Source: an uncultured Hyphomicrobiales bacterium
GTDB lineage: Bacteria > Pseudomonadota > Alphaproteobacteria > Rhizobiales > BM303
NCBI GenBank assembly: GCA_964542565.1
Contig: CAZIVB010000002.1
Span: 1 to 38,155, forward strand
Reading direction: 5' to 3'
Length of the DNA stretch: 38,155 bases
Position 1 is the first letter of the stretch. Each line of letters opens with the position of its first letter. The notes beneath the pieces are model-generated. The model saw nothing but the letters and a program-made list of their open reading frames with translations. It was not told the DNA's origin and did not search any database. Shown in pieces: positions 1 to 9,331 of this stretch. The position numbers were made by a program, and so were the translations under genes.

Positions 1-1
1 C

Positions 2-529
2 CTCCCGGGGCGGGTCGTGGCGCACCGGCTGGCAATTGGGCAGGGCCCATTGCTTCGCCGGCGGCAGCAGCTGGTTGATGGGCTGGTAAATGCCGCCATG
101 GGCAACGATCAGCACCGGCCCGTCATGGTCCAGCGCCGCATTGATCGCCTTTTCCGCCCGGCCCATGAAGGCGTTATAGGGCTCAACCTCTTCCGGCACG
201 CCCGAGATATCGCCGCTGAGCCAGTCGGGGAGCCATCCCGGCGAAACCGCCCCTTCATAAGGGCCAAAATCACATTCGTGCAAATCGTCGATTTCAATGA
301 TCGGACAATCAAGCGCCTCGTTGAGAATATCGGCTGTTTTGCGGGCGCGGGAAAGCGGGCTGGAGCAGATCAGCGCAATCGGCTGCCCGGCGAGCCTGTC
401 CTTGGCGTCATAGGCCTGCCTTACGCCGGTCGCATTGAGCGGCACATCGGCATTGCCCTGCAATCTTCCCTCAAGGTTCCAGTCGGTCTGCCCGTGACGG
501 ATATAGTAAAACGGTCTGTGAATGATCAT
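2..529 (-). CDS. histidine phosphatase (phosphoglycerate-mutase-like) family protein; 3' end runs off the window
   Basis: Hand translation of the minus strand from ATG at 529 gives MIIHRPFYYIRHGQTDWNLEGRLQG...ICSSPLSRARKTADIL...LIVAHGGIY. This includes the RHG catalytic motif and the second His motif. The frame stays open to the window edge, so it is absent from the ORF track. The + ORF 17..685 is its antisense shadow. Confidence 0.8.
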   Translation of the reverse strand, partial: MIIHRPFYYIRHGQTDWNLEGRLQGNADVPLNATGVRQAYDAKDRLAGQPIALICSSPLSRARKTADILNEALDCPIIEIDDLHECDFGPYEGAVSPGWLPDWLSGDISGVPEEVEPYNAFMGRAEKAINAALDHDGPVLIVAHGGIYQPINQLLPPAKQWALPNCQPVRHDPPRE

Positions 530-621
530 AAATTAAAAAATCTCCTGAAAAACCTGCAAATAGTTTCGGATTGGACTCTTGGCGGATCATGTCCGTTTGC
601 GCCGGGGAATTCCGGTAAACC

Positions 622-1752
622 CTACTTGCGTGACACAGGCTCAATGCGCAGTATTTTTCCGTTGGCGGAATCGGTCAGAAGATAGACAAAGCCGTCCGGT
701 CCCTGGCGCACATCGCGGATGCGCGCCTTGAGCCCCTTGAGCAGACGCTCTTCGGCGATAACGTGTTCTCCCTTCAGGCTCAGGCGCACCAGCAGGCGGT
801 ATTTGAGCGCCCCGACCAGCAGATTGCCTTTCCATTCGGGAAATTTATCCCCCGTGTAAAACGCCATTCCCGAAGGCGCAATCGAGGGGTCCCAGTAATA
901 TAACGGCTGCTCCATGCCTGATTTATGTGTGCCCTCGCCAATTTTAAGCCCTGAGTAATGCACCCCATAGGCAATCACCGGCCAGCCATAATTCCTGCCC
1001 GCTTCAATGATGTTGATCTCATCGCCGCCCCTTGCGCCGTGTTCGTGAATCCACAGCTTTCGCGTTTGCGGATGCAGGGCCGCGCCTTGCGGATTGCGGT
1101 GCCCGTATGAGAAGATTTCCGGGCGAAAGGGCGGCTTGCCAACAAACGGGTTATCTTCAGGAACAGCGCCGTTTTTATCAATCCGGATTACCTGGCCGCG
1201 ATTGACGCTGCGGTCCTGCGCCCTTTTGCCCTCGCCGCGCTCGCCGATGGTTATATAAAGCAGGCCATCGCGCGCGATCACGATGCGTGAGCCAAAATGC
1301 CGCCCGCCCTGACTTTTCGGCCATTGGCGAAAAATGATTTTTACCTTTTGCAGGCGCTTGCCTCGCAACTCGGCTCTTGCCACCGCTGTCCCAAAACCGC
1401 CTTTTCCCGCCTCCGTAAACGAAAAAAAGATCGTCCGGTTGGCAGCAAAATCCGGGTCAACCACAACATCAAGCAACCCGCCCTGTCCGCCATAGGCAAT
1501 AGCGGGAAGCCCTTTTACCGGGGGCGAGACTTTGCCGCTCCTTGAGACAATGCGCAGATGTCCCGGTTTTTCCGTTACCAGCATACGCCCGTCCGGCAGC
1601 CAGGCCATGGACCAGGGAAACTTCAGCCCCTGCGCAATGGTGACAGCGCGCAGATGATAAAGCTCGCTGGAAAAAGACTGCCCGGTCGCCGGCACAACAA
1701 AACCAAGAAACGCAAGAGCTGGTAAAATCAAATACATGCGGGCCATTTGCAA
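622..1752 (-). CDS. PQQ-dependent sugar dehydrogenase (soluble aldose/sorbosone dehydrogenase, YliI-like), secreted
   Basis: 376-aa ORF with an N-terminal signal peptide (MYLILPALAFLGFVVPATGQ). Blocks typical of the family: GHRNPQGAALHP, HEHGARGGDEINIIEAGRNYGWP, APSGMAFY. Confidence 0.85.
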   Translation of the reverse strand: MQMARMYLILPALAFLGFVVPATGQSFSSELYHLRAVTIAQGLKFPWSMAWLPDGRMLVTEKPGHLRIVSRSGKVSPPVKGLPAIAYGGQGGLLDVVVDPDFAANRTIFFSFTEAGKGGFGTAVARAELRGKRLQKVKIIFRQWPKSQGGRHFGSRIVIARDGLLYITIGERGEGKRAQDRSVNRGQVIRIDKNGAVPEDNPFVGKPPFRPEIFSYGHRNPQGAALHPQTRKLWIHEHGARGGDEINIIEAGRNYGWPVIAYGVHYSGLKIGEGTHKSGMEQPLYYWDPSIAPSGMAFYTGDKFPEWKGNLLVGALKYRLLVRLSLKGEHVIAEERLLKGLKARIRDVRQGPDGFVYLLTDSANGKILRIEPVSRK

Positions 1753-1822
1753 ATTCCTTCCGGTTGCCTCCTGACTGGAGCACTATTCTAGCGCCATGCA
1801 AGGGATCGGGGAATCAGATAAC

Positions 1823-2425
1823 TCAAGCGTGATACGCCCCTTGCAATATATGCAGCAGCAGCAAGGTTTTCATATCAACAATCTTGCCGTTTTTGGCCAG
1901 CGCCATGGCCTCCTCAAACGGCATTTCCACCGCCTCGATATCTTCACCCTCATGCGCCAGCCCGCCGCCCGCGCCGGGTTTGGCCGCGCCAATCTCGGCG
2001 ATGAAAAGGTAAAGTTTCTCGGTGAGCGCGCCGGGCGATGAAAAGCAATGGCCATGGGAAGTGAGCTTTAACGCCTCATATCCGGCCTCTTCGAGGATCT
2101 CGCGCCGCGCGCAGTCCTCGGGCGTCTCGCCGGGGTCAATGATTCCGGCGCAGCACTCCCAGAGCCGTCCATGATGGTCGGCGACATAGGCGGGAAAACG
2201 AAACTGGCGGATCAGCACAACCGTATTTTTCACCCGGTTATAGGGCAAGATGGCCGCCGCCGAGCCATTGTCGCGATACTCCCAGTTGACGCGCTGGATA
2301 CTTCCGTCGCGCCGCCTCTGGTCATATTGCGCCAGGTAGTAACGCGACCAGCCCTCAAAAACCAGATCGTTTTTGATGATGCGGATTTCCGGCTCGTCAT
2401 CGTTGTCCTCGTCCCGGTTGCTCAT
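1823..2425 (-). CDS. NUDIX hydrolase (ADP-ribose/NDP-sugar pyrophosphatase-like)
   Basis: Nudix box GIIDPGETPEDCARREILEEAGY. Its start overlaps the upstream aminotransferase stop by ATGA (2422-2425). Confidence 0.8.
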   Translation of the reverse strand: MSNRDEDNDDEPEIRIIKNDLVFEGWSRYYLAQYDQRRRDGSIQRVNWEYRDNGSAAAILPYNRVKNTVVLIRQFRFPAYVADHHGRLWECCAGIIDPGETPEDCARREILEEAGYEALKLTSHGHCFSSPGALTEKLYLFIAEIGAAKPGAGGGLAHEGEDIEAVEMPFEEAMALAKNGKIVDMKTLLLLHILQGAYHA

Positions 2426-3804
2426 GCCCGCAAATTTTCTTTATGAACATGCACCTCGGTTGCCGCCAGCGCCGCCTCGATGCCGTCAAACAGGGCATTG
2501 ACTTCCTCTTGCGTGATAATCAGCGGCGGGCAGATCGCCAGCGTGTCGCCGATGGCGCGCACGATCACCCCGTTCGTCTCCCCGGCTTTTGCGCAGAACG
2601 CCCCGACAAGCTGTTGCGGCTTGAAAGAGCGTTTTGAGGCTTTGTCCGCCACCAGCTCCACCCCGCCAACCAGCCCCGCGCCGCGCGCCTCGCCCACCAG
2701 CGGATGCTCTTCCAGCGCTTTCAGGCGGCTTTGAAACAGCGGCGTGAGGGCGCGCACATGGGCCGGGATATCTTCGCGCTCATAAATCTCGATCGCTTTT
2801 AGCGCCGTTGCCGCCGCCACCGGATGGCCGGTATAGGTATAGCCATGGCCAAATCCGCCCAGCTTGCGCGACTGGTCCAGCATCGCCTGGTACATATCCT
2901 CCGGCACGGTGAGCCCGCCCATGGGCACATAGCCTGATGTGAGCGCCTTGGCGAAAGAGATGCTGTCGGGTTCAAACCCGTAAGTCTCGCAGCCAAACCA
3001 GTCCCCCAGACGCCCAAAGCCGCAAATCACCTCATCGGAGATCATATAGACATCATATTTGCGGCACACCTGCTGGATTTTGGCGAAATACGTCGCCGGC
3101 GGCACAATAACCCCGCCCGCCCCCATAACCGGCTCGGCGATAAAGGCCGCCACCGTTTCAGGGCCCTCATCTACAATCATTTTCTCCAGATTGCCCGCCA
3201 GACGGGTGGCAAATTCCTCCTCCGTCTCGCCATCTTGCGCAAAGCGGTAATGATGCGGGCAATCGGTGTGCAAAATCCGGTCTATGGGCAGATCGAAATC
3301 ATTCTGCACAATCGGCAGCCCGGTCAGGCTGGCGCTCGCCACCGTAACGCCGTGATAGGCCTTTTGCCGCGAGATGATTTTCTTTTTTTCCGCTTTGCCG
3401 CGGGCATTGTTGTAATACCACAGCAGCTTGATCTGGGTGTCATTGGCTTCCGAGCCCGAATTGGTGAAGAAAATCTTCGAGGCCGGGGCAGGGGAGAGTT
3501 GCTTGATCTTCTCCGCCAGCTCGATCGCCATATCATGGCTCTTGCCGCCAAAAAGATGGGTGAAGGCCAGCTTGCCCATCTGCGCCGAGGCCGCCTCCAC
3601 AAGTTCCTCATTGCCATAGCCCAGCGCCGTGCACCACAGCCCCGCCATGCCTTCAATATAGCGCTTGCCCTGATTATCCCAGACATAAACCCCTTCGCCC
3701 CGCTCCAGCACCATCGGCCCGGTTTCGCGGAACGCGGCCAGATTGGTGTAAGGATGGATCAGGGTTTCCACATCGCGCGAGGCGGCATTGCTCAATTTGC
3801 TCAT
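2422..3804 (-). CDS. class-III (omega) aminotransferase, PLP-dependent
   Basis: 460 aa. Blocks: FFTNSGSEANDT, ISDEVICGFGRLG, SFAKALTSGYVPMGG (PLP-Lys region), TYTGHP. This is the layout of amine:pyruvate transaminases. Confidence 0.85.
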   Translation of the reverse strand: MSKLSNAASRDVETLIHPYTNLAAFRETGPMVLERGEGVYVWDNQGKRYIEGMAGLWCTALGYGNEELVEAASAQMGKLAFTHLFGGKSHDMAIELAEKIKQLSPAPASKIFFTNSGSEANDTQIKLLWYYNNARGKAEKKKIISRQKAYHGVTVASASLTGLPIVQNDFDLPIDRILHTDCPHHYRFAQDGETEEEFATRLAGNLEKMIVDEGPETVAAFIAEPVMGAGGVIVPPATYFAKIQQVCRKYDVYMISDEVICGFGRLGDWFGCETYGFEPDSISFAKALTSGYVPMGGLTVPEDMYQAMLDQSRKLGGFGHGYTYTGHPVAAATALKAIEIYEREDIPAHVRALTPLFQSRLKALEEHPLVGEARGAGLVGGVELVADKASKRSFKPQQLVGAFCAKAGETNGVIVRAIGDTLAICPPLIITQEEVNALFDGIEAALAATEVHVHKENLRA

Positions 3805-3840
3805 TTGCTTCCCGTTTTTACAAAAATACGCTTGGCGCAG

Positions 3841-5304
3841 TTAGACAAAATCGGGCGGCGGTGTAAAGCCGCCATTCAGTTTCTCAATTATTTTCGCCGC
3901 TTCAATCGGCGTCAGATCCTCCTGATAGGGGCCGATAACCTGAACCCCCACCGGCAAACCTTCAGGCGAAAGCCCCATCGGCGCGGCCGTGGCGGGCAGA
4001 TGCGCGCCGGTCGCCAGCGCCGCCCAGTGCATCAGATCGCCGTAAGGGCGCGGCTGGCCATTAACCGTAATCTGCCGTGCCCAGAAATTGGCGTCCTGCT
4101 CATGGGCAAAGGCGCTGACATTGGCCGGCGGGCATAAAACCACATCATAATTGGCAAAAAACCGCGCCCAGATCGCCTTGATATGTTCGCGTTGCTCAAC
4201 CAGCGCCAGCGCTTGCGCATATGAGAGCGCCGCGCCGCGCGCCTGCATGGCGGCATGGGTCCTGTCATCCTCATCAAGCTCACCGGCGCGCCGTATCAGA
4301 CTGGCGCGGGTTTTGGCCGGGAACTCGCACGTCATCAGCGCATGCATGAGCAGGGCGTAATTTTCAAACGCCTGGGCGAAATCAAGCTCGGGCCGGGCGT
4401 TAAAATCAACCCTGGCGCCCGCATCGCGCAACATCTCGCCGCAGCGTGTCACGGTAGCCGAAATATGCGCATCCACCGGCGAGAATTCATCATCCGCCCA
4501 CACCGCCACCCGCAAATCCTGCGGGGTTGTTGCCCGCGCTCGGGGAAGGCGCAGGGCAAACGCCCGTTCTTCCGGCCTTGGCGCGGCCAGAACCTGCAAA
4601 ATCAGTTCCAGATCCCCTGCCGAGCGCGCCAGCGGGCCAATCACGATTAAATCCGCCTGCATCAATGTGCCGGGTTTGCCCGGAATGTGACCCCGTGAAG
4701 ACACCAGCCCGAAGCTGGGCTTATGGCTGAACAGGCCGCAAAAATGCGACGGCAGCCGGATCGAGCCGCCAATATCCGAGCCGATATCGGCCCCCGTCAA
4801 CCCGGCGCTGACCGCCGCCGCCGCCCCGCCTGATGAGCCGCCCGGCGTGCGGGCAAGATCCCACGGATTATTGCTGGTGCCGTAAATGGCGTTAAACGCC
4901 TGCCAGTCGCCGCTCATATAAGGCGTGTTGGATTTGGCCAGAATGATCGCCCCGGCGGCGCGCAATCTGGCGACGCTCACCGCATCGGCTGCCGGAATAT
5001 GGCTCTTATATTCCGGCGCGCCGCTGGTGGTGAGCAGGTCTTTGGTCTCCAGCGCGTCCTTGATGGTCATGGGCAGCCCGTGCAGGGGGCCGGGTTTTTC
5101 ACCCCTTGCCCGCGCCGCATCCGCCCGCCGCGCCTGCGCCAGCGCATTATCAAAATCCCGCGCCGCCAGCGCATTAATACGCGGGTTATATTTTTCAATC
5201 CGGTCAATGAAAAGCTGCGTTAATCTTGCAGATGTCAGCGCCCCTTCCTCCATGAGGGCAAGGAGCCTGTGAGCGGGCGCAAAGGCAATATCGGGATCAG
5301 GCAT
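3841..5304 (-). CDS. amidase (amidase-signature family)
   Basis: 487 aa with GGSSGGAAAAVSAG and GSDIGGSIRLPS, which are AS-family signature blocks. Confidence 0.85.
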   Translation of the reverse strand: MPDPDIAFAPAHRLLALMEEGALTSARLTQLFIDRIEKYNPRINALAARDFDNALAQARRADAARARGEKPGPLHGLPMTIKDALETKDLLTTSGAPEYKSHIPAADAVSVARLRAAGAIILAKSNTPYMSGDWQAFNAIYGTSNNPWDLARTPGGSSGGAAAAVSAGLTGADIGSDIGGSIRLPSHFCGLFSHKPSFGLVSSRGHIPGKPGTLMQADLIVIGPLARSAGDLELILQVLAAPRPEERAFALRLPRARATTPQDLRVAVWADDEFSPVDAHISATVTRCGEMLRDAGARVDFNARPELDFAQAFENYALLMHALMTCEFPAKTRASLIRRAGELDEDDRTHAAMQARGAALSYAQALALVEQREHIKAIWARFFANYDVVLCPPANVSAFAHEQDANFWARQITVNGQPRPYGDLMHWAALATGAHLPATAAPMGLSPEGLPVGVQVIGPYQEDLTPIEAAKIIEKLNGGFTPPPDFV

Positions 5305-5324
5305 GAATCTTGAACTTTCAAAGT

Positions 5325-6218
5325 TTATAACAGGATAAACTCATCCTGCGCCTTGGAGGCATAGCCCGCAATCCCCTTTTCGATCAAGTGCTCCAGATGC
5401 CCCTGAACCGAAAGCCCGGCGGCGAAAACAAGCCGTGGATCGATATCCCTGTAGAGCTGCGCCACCATTTTCGAAATGCTCCGGTCTCCGGCCTTCAGCC
5501 GCTCAACAATGGCCGCCTCGCGCATCCGGCGATGGGCGATGAGGGCGCGGGTCAGGGTTTTTGGGCGTTTGACCTGCCCGCCATGGGCCGGCCAGTAGAT
5601 ATCGTCATCGCGCTCCAGAAGCTTTTCAAGCGCGGCAAAATAATCCCCCATATGACCCCATGGCGGCGCGATTACGCTGGTTGACCAGCCCATGACATGA
5701 TCGCCGGTAAAAAGCGCTTTTTCTTCCACCAGGCAAAAACACAGATGATTCGAAATATGCCCCGGCGTGTGGACCGCCTCCAGCGTCCAGCCACTGCCCG
5801 CAATTTCCTGCCCGTCTTTCAGGCTGAAATCAGGGTTAAAATCCTTGTCCCCGCCATCATCAAGCTGCGGGCCTGAAAGTTTTATGACCGGATGGGGGCC
5901 AAAGGCATAAGTCGGCGCGCCGCTGATCTTTTTGAGCATGGCCGCGCCCGGCGAGTGGTCACGGTGAGTATGGGTGAGGAAAATATGCGAAATGCGTTCA
6001 TCCCCCAGCCCCTGAAGCAAAGCCTGGATATGCGCCTCATCCACCGGTCCCGGATCAATGACCGCCACCTCGCCGCGCCCGATGATATAGCTGTTGGTGC
6101 CCTTGAAGGTAAAAGGGCCCGGATTCTTCACCGTGATGCGGCGGATGAGCGGCGAGAGTTGGTAAATCTTGCCATACTCACATTCAAAATTGCGCGTGAA
6201 TGGAATTTTATCAGCCAT
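5325..6218 (-). CDS. MBL-fold metallo-hydrolase
   Basis: 297 aa with the THTHRDH metal-binding motif and downstream HTPGH / GDHV blocks. Confidence 0.8.
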   Translation of the reverse strand: MADKIPFTRNFECEYGKIYQLSPLIRRITVKNPGPFTFKGTNSYIIGRGEVAVIDPGPVDEAHIQALLQGLGDERISHIFLTHTHRDHSPGAAMLKKISGAPTYAFGPHPVIKLSGPQLDDGGDKDFNPDFSLKDGQEIAGSGWTLEAVHTPGHISNHLCFCLVEEKALFTGDHVMGWSTSVIAPPWGHMGDYFAALEKLLERDDDIYWPAHGGQVKRPKTLTRALIAHRRMREAAIVERLKAGDRSISKMVAQLYRDIDPRLVFAAGLSVQGHLEHLIEKGIAGYASKAQDEFILL

Positions 6219-6300
6219 AGGAATACCTTGTTCAGCTTCGCGTTAGGCATTATAGAGTTCTAACGAGATGAATCGACAAGCATAAAAAGGCAAATCCCCG

Positions 6301-6873
6301 ATGACACGCGCTGCAACCCACCTGCCCTTTTCCCATACGCTCTGGCCTGCACTTGAGGCTTCCGCGCTGCGAAAAGGCCTTCTGGTTGTTGCAGGAGCGG
6401 CCCTGCTTGCCGTTTCCGCCAAAATCCAGATCCCGTTTTACCCCGTCCCCTTGACCATGCAGACCCTTGTCGTGGTGCTGATCGGGGCCGCTATGGGGAT
6501 GCGTCTGGGCGCGGCCACTGTGCTGCTTTATCTGGCCGAGGGCGCCATGGGCCTGCCGGTCTTCGCCGGTCCCGTGGCTGGCATGGCCTATCTGACCGGC
6601 CCCACGGCGGGCTTCCTGCTCGGCTTTGTGCTCGCCGCCGCAGCGGCAGGGTATCTTGCCGAACGCGGCTGGGACCGCAATCCGCTGAGCACTTTTGCAT
6701 TGATGGTGTTCGCCGCGGCGCTGATCTATATCCCCGGCCTGCTCTGGCTCGGCACTTTGTTTGGCGCGGAAACCGCCATCGCCAAGGGCTTGTTGCCCTT
6801 CATTTTCGGCGATCTTCTCAAAATCGCCCTCGCCACCGCCATCCTGCCTCTGGTGTGGAAATTTATCCGCTAG
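6301..6873 (+). CDS. bioY: biotin transporter BioY (ECF S-component type)
   Basis: 190-aa polytopic membrane protein. VSAKIQIPFYPVPLTMQTLVVVLIGAAMG and GPTAGFLLGF blocks are characteristic of BioY. No bioMN genes lie adjacent. Confidence 0.85.
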   Translation: MTRAATHLPFSHTLWPALEASALRKGLLVVAGAALLAVSAKIQIPFYPVPLTMQTLVVVLIGAAMGMRLGAATVLLYLAEGAMGLPVFAGPVAGMAYLTGPTAGFLLGFVLAAAAAGYLAERGWDRNPLSTFALMVFAAALIYIPGLLWLGTLFGAETAIAKGLLPFIFGDLLKIALATAILPLVWKFIR

Positions 6874-6891
6874 GGATACCCTGCAAGTCTC

Positions 6892-8700
6892 ATGAACCGC
6901 GCGCTTGAAATTCTTCAAAGCCGCTTCGGGTACCATGAATTCCGCCGCCATCAGGCCGCGATCATCGAAGCGGTGCTGGAGGGGCGCGATGTTCTGGCGC
7001 TCATGCCCACGGGGGGCGGCAAATCTCTGTGCTACCAGATCCCCGCTCTCATCCGCGAGGGGGCAGGGGTGATCATCTCGCCGCTCATCGCCCTGATGCA
7101 TGATCAGGTCGCGGCGATGCGGCTGCTTGGCATCCGCGCCGCGTATCTCAACTCCACGCTCGATTTTGCCGCTGTTCGCGAAACCGAAACCGCGTTGCTG
7201 GAGGGTAAGCTTGACCTGCTTTATATTGCGCCGGAACGTCTGGCAAATGAGCGCATGCTTGATTTGCTGGACCGGGCCAAAATCGCCCTTTTCGCCATAG
7301 ATGAGGCCCACTGCGTCTCACAATGGGGCCATGATTTTCGCCCCGAATACAAGCGGCTTTCCTTTCTGCATGAGCGCTATGGCGCCGTCCCGCGCATCGC
7401 TCTTACCGCCACCGCCGATGGTCCCACGCGGCGCGAGATCATCTCCGAACTGGCGCTTGAGAACGCCGATCAGTTCATCGCCTCCTTTGACCGCCCCAAT
7501 ATCCGCTACACCATCGCGCAAGGGGCGGGCGGGCGCGAGGCATTGTGGAAATTCCTCGCCCGTGAACATGAGGGGGACGCAGGCATCGTCTATTGCCTGT
7601 CGCGCAAGAAGGTGGAAGATATCGCCCGCTGGCTGACAAACAAGGGCCGCACCGCCTTGCCCTATCACGCCGGGCTGCACAAGGATGAGCGCCAGCATAA
7701 TATGGAGCGTTTTTTACGCGAAGAGGGGGTGATTATCGTCGCCACCATCGCCTTTGGCATGGGGATCGACAAACCCGATGTGCGCTTTGTCGCCCATCTG
7801 AACCTGCCCAAATCCATCGAAGCCTATTATCAGGAAACCGGCCGCGCCGGGCGCGATGGCTTGCCCGCCAATGCCTGGATGAGCTACGGCTTGCAGGAAG
7901 TCATCATGTTCCGTCAATGGCTGCGCGGCTCAGAAGCGGGCGAGATCCACAAGCGGGTCCAGCACGGCAAGCTTGAAGCCTTGCTGGGCTTTTGCGAACT
8001 GACCACCTGCCGCCGCCAGGCGCTGCTGGCCTATTTCGGCGAGGATTTGCCCAAGCCCTGCGGCAATTGCGACAATTGCATCAATCCGCCCGAGACCTTT
8101 GACGGCACCATAGAGGCGCAAAAGGCACTCTCCACCGTGTACCGGACGGGGCAGATGTTCGGGGTGCAATATCTGATTGACGTGCTGGGGGGCAAGGCTG
8201 ACGAACGGATTTTGCGCAACGGCCATGACGCCCTGAGCACCTTTGGCATTGGCGCGGATGTAAAACCGGTGGAATGGCGCGGCATCTTCCGCCAGCTTAT
8301 CGCCCAGGGGTTTTTAACCTCCGATACCGAAGGTCACGGCTCGTTGAAACTTGCCGAAAAGTCGCGCCCGGTCTTGCGCGGCAAACAGCAAGTGCAATTG
8401 CGCAAGCGCCGGAAACCGGCCCCCGCAAAGGCTAGGCGCAAGCCCCGGACCGCGATCATTTTATCCGAAGGTGATCAGCCCCTGTGGGATACATTGCGCG
8501 CCCTTCGCCTCGATCTGGCAAGAGAGCAGAATGTCCCGCCCTATGTGATCTTTCACGATTCGACCTTGAAAGAACTGGTCAGCGCCAAACCGGCGACTCT
8601 CGATGAAATGGCCGAAATTTCAGGCATCGGCAGCGCCAAACTGAAGAAATACGGCCAGATATTTCTCGACGCCGTAACCGCCTCACCTGATCAGCCGTGA
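6892..8700 (+). CDS. recQ: ATP-dependent DNA helicase RecQ
   Basis: 602 aa. Contains the [10 protein letters not shown] start, [14 protein letters not shown] (Walker A), [17 protein letters not shown], a Zn-finger CRR...CGNCDNC, and a C-terminal HRDC-like region. Confidence 0.95.
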   Translation: MNRALEILQSRFGYHEFRRHQAAIIEAVLEGRDVLALMPTGGGKSLCYQIPALIREGAGVIISPLIALMHDQVAAMRLLGIRAAYLNSTLDFAAVRETETALLEGKLDLLYIAPERLANERMLDLLDRAKIALFAIDEAHCVSQWGHDFRPEYKRLSFLHERYGAVPRIALTATADGPTRREIISELALENADQFIASFDRPNIRYTIAQGAGGREALWKFLAREHEGDAGIVYCLSRKKVEDIARWLTNKGRTALPYHAGLHKDERQHNMERFLREEGVIIVATIAFGMGIDKPDVRFVAHLNLPKSIEAYYQETGRAGRDGLPANAWMSYGLQEVIMFRQWLRGSEAGEIHKRVQHGKLEALLGFCELTTCRRQALLAYFGEDLPKPCGNCDNCINPPETFDGTIEAQKALSTVYRTGQMFGVQYLIDVLGGKADERILRNGHDALSTFGIGADVKPVEWRGIFRQLIAQGFLTSDTEGHGSLKLAEKSRPVLRGKQQVQLRKRRKPAPAKARRKPRTAIILSEGDQPLWDTLRALRLDLAREQNVPPYVIFHDSTLKELVSAKPATLDEMAEISGIGSAKLKKYGQIFLDAVTASPDQP

Positions 8701-8782
8701 AGCCTGCCGCGCCCGAAACGTTTTTGCCGCGCTGATTGCGTGAAACGATTCCGGTCAGGTGACAAAGGAGTTGATCAAGGGC

Positions 8783-9331
8783 TCACTTGATCAGCTTGGA
8801 GATCACCTTGAATTCCGGCGTTCCGGCCCGCTCCAGCCATTCAAAAAGCGCCATTTCGGTGTTGATGACGCTGATCCCCGCCGCGCGCATGCGCGCCAGC
8901 GCCAGTCTGCGGCTTGAGGCGGTGCGCGAGGTTACGGCATCGGCAACGACATAAACCTCATAGCCGGCATCCTTCAGATCAAGCGCGGTTTGCAAAACGC
9001 AGACATGCGTCTCCATGCCGCCAATTACGATCTGGTCGCGTCCCCGGCTATGCTCATGATCGATATGGGCGCGAATGGCCTCATCGCGCAGGCACGAAAA
9101 CGACATTTTTTCAAAAAACACGGCCGCCCCGGCATGTCGAAGCAATCGCGGCGAAGTCGGCCCCAGCCCCCTGGGGTATTGTTCCGATATAATGACCGGC
9201 AAATCCAGCTCATAAGCCGCCTCGAGCAATATCGAACAGCGCGCGATCACCGGCTCGGGGTCTTGCGTGACCGGATAAAGTTTCTCCTGCACGTCAATAA
9301 TCATGAGTTGCGAGCGGCGTTTCTCAAGCAT
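8783..9331 (-). CDS. isochorismatase-family (cysteine) hydrolase
   Basis: LMIIDVQEKL near the N-terminus and GMETHVCVLQTALDL (catalytic Cys block). I prefer the start at ATG 9331 (MLEKRRSQL). It overlaps the stop of the upstream peptidase gene by 8 nt (ATGCTTGA). The track start at 9358 is the alternative. Confidence 0.8.
   Translation of the reverse strand: MLEKRRSQLMIIDVQEKLYPVTQDPEPVIARCSILLEAAYELDLPVIISEQYPRGLGPTSPRLLRHAGAAVFFEKMSFSCLRDEAIRAHIDHEHSRGRDQIVIGGMETHVCVLQTALDLKDAGYEVYVVADAVTSRTASSRRLALARMRAAGISVINTEMALFEWLERAGTPEFKVISKLIK

Noticed and set aside
17-685. 222-aa + strand ORF at the window start
   Set aside because: It lies antisense to a minus-strand gene with clear histidine-phosphatase motifs (RHG, VAHGG). 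Its translation is Arg/Gly/Ala-rich with no motifs. This is a typical shadow ORF in GC-rich DNA.
3235-4137. 300-aa + strand ORF spanning the aminotransferase/amidase junction
   Set aside because: It is antisense to two well-supported genes, crosses their intergenic gap, and has a low-complexity Arg/Gly/Ala composition.
6219-6300. BioR-type operator upstream of bioY
   Set aside because: The best candidate, TTATAGAGTT, matches only the first half of the TTATMKATAA motif I recall. It is not convincing.
6250-7311. 353-aa - strand ORF covering bioY and the recQ 5' end
   Set aside because: It is antisense to two strongly supported + strand genes. The sequence is Gly/Arg/His/Gln-rich with no recognisable domain, so it is a shadow ORF.
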